64,000 nucleotides of DNA from a bacterium (GTDB taxonomy: Bacteria; Verrucomicrobiota; Verrucomicrobiia; Chthoniobacterales; UBA6821), in NCBI GenBank assembly GCA_037130175.1, contig JBAXTN010000007.1, forward strand, positions 15,946-79,945, written 5' to 3'. How positions within the stretch are numbered: position 1 is the stretch's first letter; every line of letters begins with the position of its first letter. The notes under the pieces were generated by a model. That model was given only the letters and a program-made list of their open reading frames with translations, did not search any database and had not been told where the DNA came from. Positions 9,718 to 19,390 of this stretch are shown here, piece by piece. The translations under genes were made by a program, and so were the position numbers.

Positions 9718-10159
9718 GGCTCGCCGGGCGGGCTTGTAGGAGATAGGAGGTCGGGAAAAGGTGTGAGGAATCACCGTTGCCGGATAACCCCGCGCGAAGC
9801 GAAACCGGTTGCATCTTCTGAATCGTGACAGGTGTCTGAGAAAAGGAATTCTGCGAATAGTCAGGAGTAAAATTCACCTGTGAGCCGCTCTGCGACGGCG
9901 TGACGCGCAGGATTGCGACGCTGGCGATGACTGCCACCGCAGTAGCACCGGCATAAGCGAAGGTGGGAACCCTAAATTCCGAAATCCAATAGGACAATCG
10001 CTCCATCATGAGGGTTGTGATGGAAGGTTTGAGAAGTTCGGCCCTCTGCCGACGGTGAAAATCACCAAGAAAGTCCTCGTAGTATCCCTCGGGAGGCTGT
10101 TCATAGCGTTTCAGCCGAAGGAGACGGTGAATAGAGTCGGAGTTTGTCATGTCGCTCAT
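9695..10159 (-). CDS. Putative single-pass anti-sigma factor
   Basis: 154 aa, starting 18 nt downstream of the ECF sigma gene. It has a cytoplasmic N-terminal domain, one TM segment (FAYAGATAVAVIASVAILRV) and a short periplasmic tail. The call rests on position and topology only. Confidence 0.6.
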   Translation of the reverse strand: MSDMTNSDSIHRLLRLKRYEQPPEGYYEDFLGDFHRRQRAELLKPSITTLMMERLSYWISEFRVPTFAYAGATAVAVIASVAILRVTPSQSGSQVNFTPDYSQNSFSQTPVTIQKMQPVSLRAGLSGNGDSSHLFPTSYLLQARPASHESPLSF

Positions 10160-10177
10160 GGTAGATGATTGTTTTCT

Positions 10178-10774
10178 TTATGCTTTCTTAAACTCATGGA
10201 GGTAGGTTTGCAACTGACGGTGGGCATAAAAAAGCCGTGAACGAACGGTCCCCTCGGAGATCCCGAGAATTTTGGCGATTTCTGAGTGTGGAGTTCCTTG
10301 AATATCAAACATGGTGACGACGGCCCGATGATCATGTGACAGCTTACTCATGGCGGCGTTCAATTTTTTTTGCAGTTCATGGATTGAAATTTCATTCAGA
10401 GGGTCTCCCTGACTGGTGGCCGCGATGAAATCCGGATCGCTTTCAATGCTATTGTCTGGGTCGTTCAGACTTGGGTGCTGGCGGCGCTTGCGCTTTTTGA
10501 GAAAATTGATCGTCATGTTGACGGCGATCGAATGCATCCAAGTCGAGAAACTTGATTTTCCACGAAAACTGCAAATCGAGCGGAAGGCCTTGGCAAAAAC
10601 ATCCTGCAACAGATCGTTCGTATCCTCATGATTGGATGTCATGTTGTAGATCAGTCCATACAGGCGGGGTGTGTAGCGCACGACCAGTTCATCAAAGGCA
10701 CTGGGATCTCCTCCCTGGGTTCTAGCCACCAATTCGGGATCGTTGTTGGGGGGAGTCTCCAGCTCGGCAGTCAT
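10178..10774 (-). CDS. ECF (group 4) RNA polymerase sigma-70 factor
   Basis: 198 aa. Region 2 reads FDELVVRYTPRLYGLIYNMT...DLLQDVFAKAF, and region 4 HTH reads TPHSEIAKILGISEGTVRSRLFYA. Confidence 0.93.
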   Translation of the reverse strand: MTAELETPPNNDPELVARTQGGDPSAFDELVVRYTPRLYGLIYNMTSNHEDTNDLLQDVFAKAFRSICSFRGKSSFSTWMHSIAVNMTINFLKKRKRRQHPSLNDPDNSIESDPDFIAATSQGDPLNEISIHELQKKLNAAMSKLSHDHRAVVTMFDIQGTPHSEIAKILGISEGTVRSRLFYAHRQLQTYLHEFKKA

Positions 10775-10922
10775 GCAGTAACAGATTTCCTATCAGGAGT
10801 GGTGCTGAGGGCAAATTTCTTTCCTTAAAATTCCAACTTTTCTTTTTTCGATGATTTTTCTCTCAAAAAACTATATAACCTTCTTGAATCAGAAAAACAT
10901 AGCTGTTAGCCTCTTTTCCCAG

Positions 10923-11702
10923 ATGAGCAGTACGGCCCACAAGGAATCACTTTCACCCTCAAATCAATCACAAGGAAAAGACAGTGCCTGTTGTCTCTGC
11001 TCTTTACCCTTGTTGTCATCCTCAATCGGTCGCAAATGGATCGTGGCCGGCACGGGCATTCTTCTGGTGCTTTTTGTCATTGGTCATCTGCTTGGCAATC
11101 TCACGATTTTTCCCGGCCCCAACTGGATCAATGCCTATGCCGAGCATCTGCAGTCACTCGGCCCTTTCCTTTGGGTGATCCGTCTGATTCTTCTCACCAT
11201 CGTGGGTCTGCACATTACCTGCACGATCCTACTCTGGCATGAGAACCGCATCGCCAATCCCAGAAAATACGCCGTTGAAAATACGCTCAAAACGACCATC
11301 TACGCCCGCTCGATGCGACTCACGGGACTGGTCTTCATAGCCTTTGTTATTTTTCATCTGGCCCATTTGACATGGCAGGGGTTTAACCCTGAAACAAGAA
11401 CATGGGTCGATGCCGAGGGACGCCACGATGTCTATCGCATGCTTATTGCGGCATTTTCCAACCCCTTCATCAGTGCCTTCTATATCCTTTCTGTGGGACT
11501 GCTTGCCATGCATCTGAGTCACGGTATTGCCAGCCTCTTTCAAACTCTTGGTATCACTTCGGCAAAGCTAAGACCTCTCTTCGAGGGCGGTGGTCGCATC
11601 GTGGCCTGGCTCATTTTTGCCGGTTATGCCTCGATACCACTCGCAGTGCTTCTTGGCATCCTCCGTTATCCCCATGCTTCAGCCTGCTCCTTCTGCCACT
11701 GA
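10923..11702 (+). CDS. sdhC: Succinate dehydrogenase/fumarate reductase cytochrome b subunit (b558-type, 5 TM)
   Basis: ORF 10851..11702, trimmed to ATG 10923. It is a multi-TM protein with conserved His residues (GHLLGNL, FHLAHL, HLSHG) immediately upstream of sdhA and sdhB. Confidence 0.85.
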   Translation: MSSTAHKESLSPSNQSQGKDSACCLCSLPLLSSSIGRKWIVAGTGILLVLFVIGHLLGNLTIFPGPNWINAYAEHLQSLGPFLWVIRLILLTIVGLHITCTILLWHENRIANPRKYAVENTLKTTIYARSMRLTGLVFIAFVIFHLAHLTWQGFNPETRTWVDAEGRHDVYRMLIAAFSNPFISAFYILSVGLLAMHLSHGIASLFQTLGITSAKLRPLFEGGGRIVAWLIFAGYASIPLAVLLGILRYPHASACSFCH

Positions 11703-11723
11703 TACCACCGACCATTTGCCAAC

Positions 11724-13640
11724 ATGATACTTGATGCTAAAATTCCAGCTGGTCCCATTGAGCAAAAGTGGACCAATTTCAAGAACAACGCGAAGCTGAT
11801 CAATCCTGCCAATAAACGGAAATTCAAAGTAATCGTCGTCGGGTCGGGACTAGCCGGATCTTCCGCTGCCGCCACGCTCGCCGAACTTGGCTATCAGGTC
11901 GACTGCTTCTGCTTCCAGGACAGTGCTCGTCGTGCACACAGTATCGCGGCACAAGGTGGCATCAACGCCGCTAAAAATTACCAGAATGACGGCGATAGCG
12001 TCTGGCGGCTCTTCTACGACACGATCAAGGGAGGCGACTTCCGTGCTCGCGAAGCCAATGTCTATCGTCTTGCCGAGGTCAGTCGGAATATCATCGATGA
12101 GTGCGTCTCGCAGGGAGTTCCCTTTGCCCGTGAATACGGCGGCGAACTGGCCAACCGTTCCTTCGGTGGTGCTCAGGTGTCACGAACCTTCTATGCGCGC
12201 GGTCAGACAGGCCAGCAGCTTCTCCTCGGTGCCTACTCCGCACTTAGCAACCAGATCGGGCTCGGTCGCGTCACCATGCACGAGCATACCGAAATGCTCG
12301 ACCTCGTGCTGGTCAACGGCCATGCGAAGGGCATCGTCACCCGCAACCTCCTGACAGGCGAGATCAAGAGCTACGCCTCCGACACTGTCCTCCTTTGCAC
12401 TGGCGGTTATGGGACGGCCTTTTATCTCTCCACCAACGCACGCGGCTGCAATGTCACCGCGACATGGCGCGCCTACAAGCGCGGTGCCGCTTTTGCCAAT
12501 CCCTGCTACACCCAGATCCACCCCACCTGCATTCCGGTGGCAGGCGATTACCAGTCCAAGCTCACTCTCATGTCCGAGTCCCTCCGCAATGACGGACGCG
12601 TCTGGGTACCCAAGAAAAAAGGGGACAACCGCGAACCTCAGGACATCCCCGAAGAGGAGCGCGACTACTACCTTGAGCGGAAGTATCCAAGTTACGGCAA
12701 TCTGGCTCCACGCGACATCTCCTCGCGCAGTGCCAAGGAAGCCTGTGACGACGGGCGCGGCGTCGGTTCGAGCGGACTTGGTGTCTATCTCGATTTTTCC
12801 GATGCGATCAATCGCCTTGGTCGCAAGACCATCGAGGAACGCTATGGGAATCTCTTTGAGATGTATGAGAATATCACAGGAGAAAGTGCCTACGAGCGTC
12901 CGATGCGCATCTATCCCGCCATCCATTATACCATGGGAGGTCTCTGGGTTGATTACAATCTGATGAGCAATATTCCCGGACTCCATGTTCTGGGAGAGGC
13001 CAACTTCTCGGATCACGGAGCCAACAGGCTCGGAGCTTCGGCACTCATGCAGGGGCTTGCCGACGGATACTTCGTCATTCCCAACACGCTTGGCGAATAC
13101 CTCTCCACGCAGTTTGGCGGCCCCAAGATCACGACGGATCTTCCTGAGTTCAAAAAAACCGAAGAGGATGTCCGCGAGCGGGTAAACAAGCTTCTTTCCG
13201 TCAAAGGGACGGTGCCTGTCGATGTCTTTCACCGCGAACTTGGACTTATTCTTTGGGATGAGTGTGGCATGGCTCGAAGTGAGCAAGGTCTCAAGAAAGC
13301 AATCACACAGATCAAGGCTCTACGTGAGCGCTTCTGGAAGGAAGTTTCCGTTCCCGGAGTTGGTGCCGAGCTCAATCAGTCACTGGAGAGAGCGGGTCGG
13401 GTTGCTGACTTTTTGGAATTTGGCGAACTGATGTGCCTCGATGCCCTGACGCGCGAAGAATCGTGCGGAGGCCACTTCCGTGTGGAGCACCAGACTCCCG
13501 ATGGAGAGGCCCTGCGACACGATGATAAATTTGCCGATGTGTTTGCATGGCTCTTCAAGGGGAATGAAAATACACCCGAACTCGTTAAGGAGCCTCTCCA
13601 CTATGAGGCCGTCCATCTCGCAACCCGCAGCTACAAGTAA
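11724..13640 (+). CDS. sdhA: Succinate dehydrogenase/fumarate reductase flavoprotein subunit
   Basis: 638 aa with FAD motif [12 protein letters not shown], plus [14 protein letters not shown] and [10 protein letters not shown]. Confidence 0.96.
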   Translation: MILDAKIPAGPIEQKWTNFKNNAKLINPANKRKFKVIVVGSGLAGSSAAATLAELGYQVDCFCFQDSARRAHSIAAQGGINAAKNYQNDGDSVWRLFYDTIKGGDFRAREANVYRLAEVSRNIIDECVSQGVPFAREYGGELANRSFGGAQVSRTFYARGQTGQQLLLGAYSALSNQIGLGRVTMHEHTEMLDLVLVNGHAKGIVTRNLLTGEIKSYASDTVLLCTGGYGTAFYLSTNARGCNVTATWRAYKRGAAFANPCYTQIHPTCIPVAGDYQSKLTLMSESLRNDGRVWVPKKKGDNREPQDIPEEERDYYLERKYPSYGNLAPRDISSRSAKEACDDGRGVGSSGLGVYLDFSDAINRLGRKTIEERYGNLFEMYENITGESAYERPMRIYPAIHYTMGGLWVDYNLMSNIPGLHVLGEANFSDHGANRLGASALMQGLADGYFVIPNTLGEYLSTQFGGPKITTDLPEFKKTEEDVRERVNKLLSVKGTVPVDVFHRELGLILWDECGMARSEQGLKKAITQIKALRERFWKEVSVPGVGAELNQSLERAGRVADFLEFGELMCLDALTREESCGGHFRVEHQTPDGEALRHDDKFADVFAWLFKGNENTPELVKEPLHYEAVHLATRSYK

Positions 13641-13658
13641 ATACCATAGACGAATTTC

Positions 13659-14417
13659 ATGAATTTTCATCTCCAACTTTGGCGTCAAAAGTCAGCTGAT
13701 ACTCCCGGAAAATTTGAGAGTGTTGAGGCAAAGGATATTACCCCTGATTGCTCCTTCCTTGAAATGCTCGACATTGTGAACAATCGCCTTGTGGTTGCGG
13801 GCAAAGAGCCTGTCGCCTTTGAAAGCGACTGCCGTGAGGGTATCTGCGGCACATGCAGTATCGTCATCAACGGCATTCCTCAGGGACCTGATCGTGGTGC
13901 TGCCTGCCAAGTCTACATGCGCAAGTTCAAGGACGGTGAGACCATCTTTGTGGAACCCTTCCGCGCCGGAGCCTTCCCGATCCTCAAGGATCTCGTGGTC
14001 AACCGCAGTGCTTACGAGCGGATCATGCGTGCCGGAGGATTCATCTCCGAACATACCGGTGGCGCTCCCGATGCCTCAGCCATCCTGATTTCCAAGCCTG
14101 TGGCTGATGCAGCCATGGATGCCGCCGCCTGCATCGGCTGCGGTGCCTGCGCAGCAGCCTGTCCCAACAGTTCTGCGATGCTCTTCGTCGGTGCAAAGGT
14201 CACTCATCTCAACCTCCTGCCCCAAGGCAAGCCTGAGGCTAAGAAGAGGGCCAGGGCCATGGTTCGTGCCATGGATGAAGAAGGCTTCGGCAACTGCTCC
14301 AACTACTACGCCTGCGAGGCAGTGTGTCCTGCCGCGGTGAATGCAAGTGTCATTGCGAAGCTGAATCGGGATTATATTGCGGGGGAAATCAGCGAGGCAG
14401 TAGGTGCAATAGACTAA
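13659..14417 (+). CDS. sdhB: Succinate dehydrogenase/fumarate reductase iron-sulfur subunit
   Basis: 252 aa with Cys clusters CREGICGTCS, CIGCGACAAACP and CEAVCP. Confidence 0.95.
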   Translation: MNFHLQLWRQKSADTPGKFESVEAKDITPDCSFLEMLDIVNNRLVVAGKEPVAFESDCREGICGTCSIVINGIPQGPDRGAACQVYMRKFKDGETIFVEPFRAGAFPILKDLVVNRSAYERIMRAGGFISEHTGGAPDASAILISKPVADAAMDAAACIGCGACAAACPNSSAMLFVGAKVTHLNLLPQGKPEAKKRARAMVRAMDEEGFGNCSNYYACEAVCPAAVNASVIAKLNRDYIAGEISEAVGAID

Positions 14418-14593
14418 GGTAGAGTCTCGTACCCCAGCTTCGCTCTAATGCCAAAAAGGGCTACATTCCCCGTCTCTCTTTTGATTTCCGTATGGAATCA
14501 GATCTGAATCAATGAATATAGGAGGGATTGATTTTTTTGTGGCGACGGGCTCGAAAGCACGCATATTGAATTTATAGTAATCACCGATAACCC

Positions 14594-14842
14594 ATGAACT
14601 CTTCAAAAAAACTTCTTCTTCCCATGCTTGCGATCGTCGGATTTCTCGGGATGGCACCTCTGGCAAATGCAGACAGAGGCGGTAATGGTAATGGTAATCA
14701 CGGTAACGGTAATGGCAATGGCGGCCCCATTCTGCGCAGCCCGGAGCCGTCAGCCGTGGTGAGTTTTCTTGTCTTTGCAGGGATGGCCTATGCCGTGAAG
14801 CGCAGGATCTCCAATAAGGAGACTGAGAGCAAGGACTCCTGA
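14594..14842 (+). CDS. Small PEP-CTERM sorting-domain precursor with a (Gly-Asn)n core
   Basis: 82 aa, built as a signal peptide (MNSSKKLLLPMLAIVGFLGMAPLANA), then DRGGNGNGNHGNGNGNGGPILRS, then PEP, a TM segment (SAVVSFLVFAGMAYAV), KRR and a short tail. It lies convergent to the exosortase module. Confidence 0.8.
   Translation: MNSSKKLLLPMLAIVGFLGMAPLANADRGGNGNGNHGNGNGNGGPILRSPEPSAVVSFLVFAGMAYAVKRRISNKETESKDS
14678..14725 (+). repeat. In-frame hexanucleotide tandem repeat (GGYAAY)n encoding GGNGNGNHGNGNGNGG
   Basis: Read directly from the sequence: ggc ggtaat ggtaat ggtaat cac ggtaac ggtaat ggcaat ggcggc. Confidence 0.9.
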
Positions 14843-14891
14843 CTAAGCTGGCTTTCCTTAGATCCTAAACTGACAGGTTAAAGGATGTTGG

Positions 14892-15497
14892 TTACTTTTT
14901 GTGCTGTGGCAGCAGTTTGGGGATGAGATTCCGAGCCGCGTTGTTCCAGTTTTCCGGTGTCGGTACATCGTCACCCAAGGGATACAGAGACATCATGATC
15001 GGTATGTCACCGCTTAGTCCCAAGGTGAGTCTTCTCATCATTCGGTGAGTCCAGTAACCGAGCATTGAGGAGAAGGTTCCCCTTCCATCGTCGAACCAGA
15101 AAGCGAAGGTCATCCTCTCCTGATTGCGGGTGAATTGCATGATTTCCGCGCTGCCGTCCTCAAGGGGAAGTTTACGATGTTCCACACATTCCCATCCGGT
15201 TCCATGCAAGCAGTAGCTAGGATCATGGATAAAACCGCTGTTGCGCGATCCATCGACGGCGATCAGAACCCAATCCCTGGAATCAAACGGATAGCTGATT
15301 TTCACAGCCCGTGCTCCACCAAGGTCGGCTATTTCCTCCGCCGAGAGGGGGATGATCTGCCCTCCGAGAGGAACGGCTGCTTGCTGGATGAGGGCAAGGC
15401 GGTCTCCGGAGTTCGCTTCGGGGAGGTATTCCCAAACGATGGCAAGGATCACCAATAGGATCAGGATGATGAAAAAGGGTCGTTTGTTTTGCCTCAT
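14892..15497 (-). CDS. Exosortase-associated EpsI-family protein
   Basis: ORF 14892..15716, trimmed to ATG 15497 (MRQNKRPFFIILILLVILAIVW...). It has an N-terminal anchor plus a periplasmic domain and starts 5 nt after the upstream stop. Position and size match EpsI-type partners of exosortases. Confidence 0.75.
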   Translation of the reverse strand: MRQNKRPFFIILILLVILAIVWEYLPEANSGDRLALIQQAAVPLGGQIIPLSAEEIADLGGARAVKISYPFDSRDWVLIAVDGSRNSGFIHDPSYCLHGTGWECVEHRKLPLEDGSAEIMQFTRNQERMTFAFWFDDGRGTFSSMLGYWTHRMMRRLTLGLSGDIPIMMSLYPLGDDVPTPENWNNAARNLIPKLLPQHKK

Positions 15498-15501
15498 GGC
15501 T

Positions 15502-15993
15502 TTATTTTGCTCGGCTTGGGGGCATTGGATTGGTTTTGCATAGAAGGGCGATGGCAATGATCGACACCGTTGCCATTGGAATGCGAAATGGATCGGGATT
15601 GAAGTAGAAAATGCGGATGGAGGCCCAACCGAGTGCGGTCGTCCATGCTGCGGCACCCGCGAGGGATGCGATCCTGGCCCGGAAATCCGGGAGTATACCC
15701 GCAACGGCCACGGCAATGGCTGCCTGATTGAGTACCTTCAGGTGGAGAAATTTTGCGGCCAGGCAAATAAGGAGAGCTGTCGTCCACCAAGATGGGTTTC
15801 TGAGGTTCGTCGGGGTACGCAGGGCAAAAAGAAGCGTTCCGCCAGCCCAGATGATAAAGGCGATCAGACCGTTGAGGTTGAGGAGATCTTTAGTCCAGGC
15901 GTCCTGAAGGGATCTTCCCGACCAGAGCAGCAATGCGAGAACTGCCGCCACGAACCACCATGGTGCTTGATTGGCTGAAACGGGGGATTTCAT
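15502..15993 (-). CDS. Polytopic membrane protein encoded between exosortase and EpsI (possible split-off exosortase domain)
   Basis: 163 aa with about 5 hydrophobic segments. Its start overlaps the exosortase stop (ATGA at 15990..15993). Confidence 0.7.
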   Translation of the reverse strand: MKSPVSANQAPWWFVAAVLALLLWSGRSLQDAWTKDLLNLNGLIAFIIWAGGTLLFALRTPTNLRNPSWWTTALLICLAAKFLHLKVLNQAAIAVAVAGILPDFRARIASLAGAAAWTTALGWASIRIFYFNPDPFRIPMATVSIIAIALLCKTNPMPPSRAK

Positions 15994-16802
15994 GTGCGGG
16001 GCCTTTCGGGAAATTGCCTACGGATAAGCCAAAGGAGGGCAAGGCAGAGCAAGACCAGCGTCACGATGACAAGGAGGCCTCCAAAAGTATGGAATATTCC
16101 CTGGGAGAAATCCGTTCCCATCCAGAGTCCCACGGCTGAAATTGTCACGATTCTGAGTGTGTTGGCCATCCAAGCCACAACAGGAAGAGCGGGAAGCAGC
16201 AGGAAGAACATCTTGCTACGGGGATAGGTGATCAGCAGAAGAAATGTTCCCACAACAAGCATGCTTTGGAGCAACCCCATACCGGCACAGCCCGCCTCGA
16301 CGGACATGGGAACGCCACCGATCAGCATCTCCGTTCCCTGTCGTGTGACAGGCACCCCAAGTCCGAGAAATAGGTGTTCGGTGATCCATGCTCCGCTGAG
16401 GCGATACCACCAGCCGACTTCAGGAAAGTCGTGAGTGATCCATGGAAAGACAAAGAGAAAGGCGATGGCCGAGCGTTTCGGATTCAGGGCGGCTGACTTT
16501 ACCGTGGCATCAGTCCAGAGAGACCAAGCAGCGACCCACCCACTTGCTTGCAGGAGGATGATGTCGAGCATGTTGCCTGCTATCAGAAGTACCGCCGGAA
16601 GGATCCATTGGCTTTGGGGGATGGATTTCGGCTCGCTTTCCCATTGCAGGGGAAGGTGCATGAGGAGGAGAAAGAGGGCAGAAAGATACGGAAGAAATTT
16701 TTCGCCGCTGTTTTCCGCTGGGGTCACCCCTTTCATACAGATCACTACTCCGATCACCAGAAGCACCAACAGGCCGATGGATCTCTTGGATGAGGTGGAC
16801 AT
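15990..16802 (-). CDS. Exosortase (EpsH/Xrt family) core protein
   Basis: 270 aa and polytopic. Family catalytic signatures are present: Cys in VEAGCAGMG, Arg in ANTLRIV and His in FHTFGG. Confidence 0.85.
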   Translation of the reverse strand: MSTSSKRSIGLLVLLVIGVVICMKGVTPAENSGEKFLPYLSALFLLLMHLPLQWESEPKSIPQSQWILPAVLLIAGNMLDIILLQASGWVAAWSLWTDATVKSAALNPKRSAIAFLFVFPWITHDFPEVGWWYRLSGAWITEHLFLGLGVPVTRQGTEMLIGGVPMSVEAGCAGMGLLQSMLVVGTFLLLITYPRSKMFFLLLPALPVVAWMANTLRIVTISAVGLWMGTDFSQGIFHTFGGLLVIVTLVLLCLALLWLIRRQFPERPRT

Positions 16803-16827
16803 GAGCGGAAATGTGTGCGGCGCTTCC

Positions 16828-18576
16828 TCAATGCATCGCCTTCTCGATCAGCCTGGTTGCCAGACTCTGTGTGGCGGTGTCCAGATTGGCGAGAGCGATT
16901 TTTAACCGGGCTGTTTCCCTGGATTCCAACGCTGCGGTGACTTGAGCTGCTTGTTCGCGGATGAGAATCACCTCACCCGCTCCCAGTTCCCCCCCAAGTT
17001 GACTCAGGGCGGCTTCCACGGCGGGAAGCATTTCCTCGGCCTTAAGACGGGCCTCTGTGAAGATCCGGGCATCCATGTCCTCGAAGGCGTGCTCAAGCGA
17101 ATCGGAAAGCATGGCCTCAACAGCTTCGTCGGAGACTTCCACCGCGCTTTTGATCTCCACGATTTTTTCACTTCCTGTTGCCGTATCCCGTGCGAGTACT
17201 TGAAGGATGCCATCGGCATCGATAGAAAACTGCACGCCTACGCGTGCTGCTCCCTTGGGCGAGGGAGGGAAGGGGATCTCAAAGCTTCCCAGCGTCCAGT
17301 TATCGTCTGCCAGTTCCCGCTCTCCCTGAAGCACGGTGATCTTCATCCCGCTCTGTCCTGCAACGGCATTGGTGAACATTTCCCCCGCTTTGGCGGGAAT
17401 GGTAGTATTCCGTGGAATGATGACATTCATCAGTCCGCCAAAGGTTTCTAGGCCAAGAGAGAGGGGGGTGACATCGAGGAGGGCGACATGGTGAAGACTT
17501 CCTTCCAGAATGGCTCCCTGAAGCACCGCTCCCAGGGCCACCGCTTCATCGGGATGCTGGGACAAATTCGGCTCCTTTCCGAAGATTTCCGTGACCAACT
17601 CCCGGACAAGAGGCATCCTTGTTGAGCCACCGACGAGAATGATCTGATCGAGATCTCCCGGCTTGAGGCCGGCATCCTCGAGTGCATGGAGGCAGTGAGT
17701 GCGTGTGCGGCGGATGATGGGAGCGCAGACTTCCTCAATCTCTGAACGCGTGAGAGTCATTTCAATACTTTCTCCATCCTTCAAAAATGGGAGGAGAATG
17801 TTTGTCTGTTCCTCGGAGGAAAGGGTTTCCTTGGCAGTGCGGGCGGCCTCATGGAGGCGTATGCCGTCGGAGCTGGAAAATGAGTCGAGTATGGCTTTGC
17901 TTGAGATCAACTTTCCAATCGCCCTGTCGAGATCATCGCCTCCCAACCGTGTGTCTCCGTGGGTTGAAAGAACCTGAAAGACTCCATTGTCGAGTTGCAG
18001 GATGGAGAGATCAAAGGTGCCCCCCCCAAGATCATAGACGGCGATTTTGGATTGGTCCTGAAGCTTATCGAGTCCGTAGGCCAATGCCGCCGCAGTCGGT
18101 TCGCTTACGATACGCTCGACAGTGAACCCTGCAAGTTCGCCAGCTCGTTTCGTGGCCGCCCTCTGTGCATCGTTGAAGTAAGCGGGGACAGTAATGACAG
18201 CGCGTGTGATCCCCGTTCCAAGCCGATTCTCGGCGATGGCCTTGAGGCGCTTGAGAATCTCCGAGGAAATCTCTTCGGGTGTGCGGTTCTGTCCGCCAAG
18301 CGCAAGCGTTACGGGAGAGCCGGGAGTACCGGCGATGTCTTTCGTTTCGGGGTCGCCGAAGCGCCTTCCGATCAGTCGTTTGACCGAAGAAATGGTCTCC
18401 TCGGGATGAAGTGCCTGCATCCGGCAGGCTTCATGGCCTACGAGAATTTCATTTCCATAAAAGACCACGGAAGGAAGAAGGCGTTTTCCATTGCTGTCAG
18501 CCAAAAGGGTGGGGAATCCACTCTCGTAAACCCCGATGAGTGAGTTCGTCGTGCCAAGGTCGATGCCTGCGATCAT
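16828..18576 (-). CDS. hscA: Hsp70-family Fe-S cluster assembly chaperone HscA-like
   Basis: 582 aa with [19 protein letters not shown] and [10 protein letters not shown]. It sits downstream of the J-protein and iscA genes. Confidence 0.86.
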   Translation of the reverse strand: MIAGIDLGTTNSLIGVYESGFPTLLADSNGKRLLPSVVFYGNEILVGHEACRMQALHPEETISSVKRLIGRRFGDPETKDIAGTPGSPVTLALGGQNRTPEEISSEILKRLKAIAENRLGTGITRAVITVPAYFNDAQRAATKRAGELAGFTVERIVSEPTAAALAYGLDKLQDQSKIAVYDLGGGTFDLSILQLDNGVFQVLSTHGDTRLGGDDLDRAIGKLISSKAILDSFSSSDGIRLHEAARTAKETLSSEEQTNILLPFLKDGESIEMTLTRSEIEEVCAPIIRRTRTHCLHALEDAGLKPGDLDQIILVGGSTRMPLVRELVTEIFGKEPNLSQHPDEAVALGAVLQGAILEGSLHHVALLDVTPLSLGLETFGGLMNVIIPRNTTIPAKAGEMFTNAVAGQSGMKITVLQGERELADDNWTLGSFEIPFPPSPKGAARVGVQFSIDADGILQVLARDTATGSEKIVEIKSAVEVSDEAVEAMLSDSLEHAFEDMDARIFTEARLKAEEMLPAVEAALSQLGGELGAGEVILIREQAAQVTAALESRETARLKIALANLDTATQSLATRLIEKAMH

Positions 18577-18669
18577 TCGATAATGCTAACGCAAGCTGAA
18601 GAGTTGAGAAGTTGAAGAGTTGGGTCGATAAGATAAATTTTCACCCTGCCTCCTCCGGTGGATTTGATT

Positions 18670-19215
18670 TTATTTGGTACAGGCTAGGGCCAACTCCCTT
18701 TCCTTGAGCTCCCTTTCCCAGCGAGTGGCATAGGCAAAGGAATCGGCAACCAGATGCATCGCATCTTGATCGACGCCCGGCCATGCTGCATCGAGACGAA
18801 TGAGCTCCTTTTCAAGAGAATTCCTCCATGTCCCGACCGCGAGGAGTGATGCTCTCAGATCGACGCTGAGCGATTTCAACGGGGCGCTGAGAAGGGCCTT
18901 GCTGAGCGCGTTTGAGGCAACGGAGTGTTTTTCAATGAGCGTGTCGGCCTGTTGAAGGACAGCTGCTATTTGGGGAAAGAGTACTGCGGCTTGAGATGGC
19001 AGGCTGTTGCTTGAGCCTGTGCCCGCTAATTCGCGCAGTCGCCGTGCAGGATCACGCACGATGGCTGACGCCGCACCAAGCTTCCTGAACGCAGCAGCAT
19101 CTCCACCTTCCTGATCGGGGTGGAGTTCTCCTGCCAATTTACGGTAGGCTGTGCCAATTTCCTCTTCGCTGAGTAGCGGTCGCCGGGGAAGACCAAGAAG
19201 GGAGAATGGATCCAT
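18670..19215 (-). CDS. hscB: J-domain co-chaperone, HscB-like
   Basis: 181 aa. N-terminal J domain (DPFSLLGLP...YRKLAGELHPDQ, containing HPD) followed by a helical C-terminal domain; located between iscA and hscA. Confidence 0.72.
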   Translation of the reverse strand: MDPFSLLGLPRRPLLSEEEIGTAYRKLAGELHPDQEGGDAAAFRKLGAASAIVRDPARRLRELAGTGSSNSLPSQAAVLFPQIAAVLQQADTLIEKHSVASNALSKALLSAPLKSLSVDLRASLLAVGTWRNSLEKELIRLDAAWPGVDQDAMHLVADSFAYATRWERELKERELALACTK

Positions 19216-19390
19216 GGGAAAAGACAGATAATAAAGTATGGAACTCAGAATACCGAGCCTCGGGAGAGGCTGAGATAGACTACCGAAGGTAGCCCTAAGG
19301 GTGAGACGAGTGGGAACGAGCGAATCAAACGAAGGAACATTTTATCCTGAGTTTGCTTGCCCGACCGTTACAGCATCCTTCTCTCCAGCC

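Noticed and set aside
14678-14725. The short tandem repeat considered as a CRISPR-like or minisatellite non-coding element.
   Set aside because: The unit is only 6 nt with no spacers. It is in frame inside a well-formed signal-peptide/PEP-CTERM ORF.
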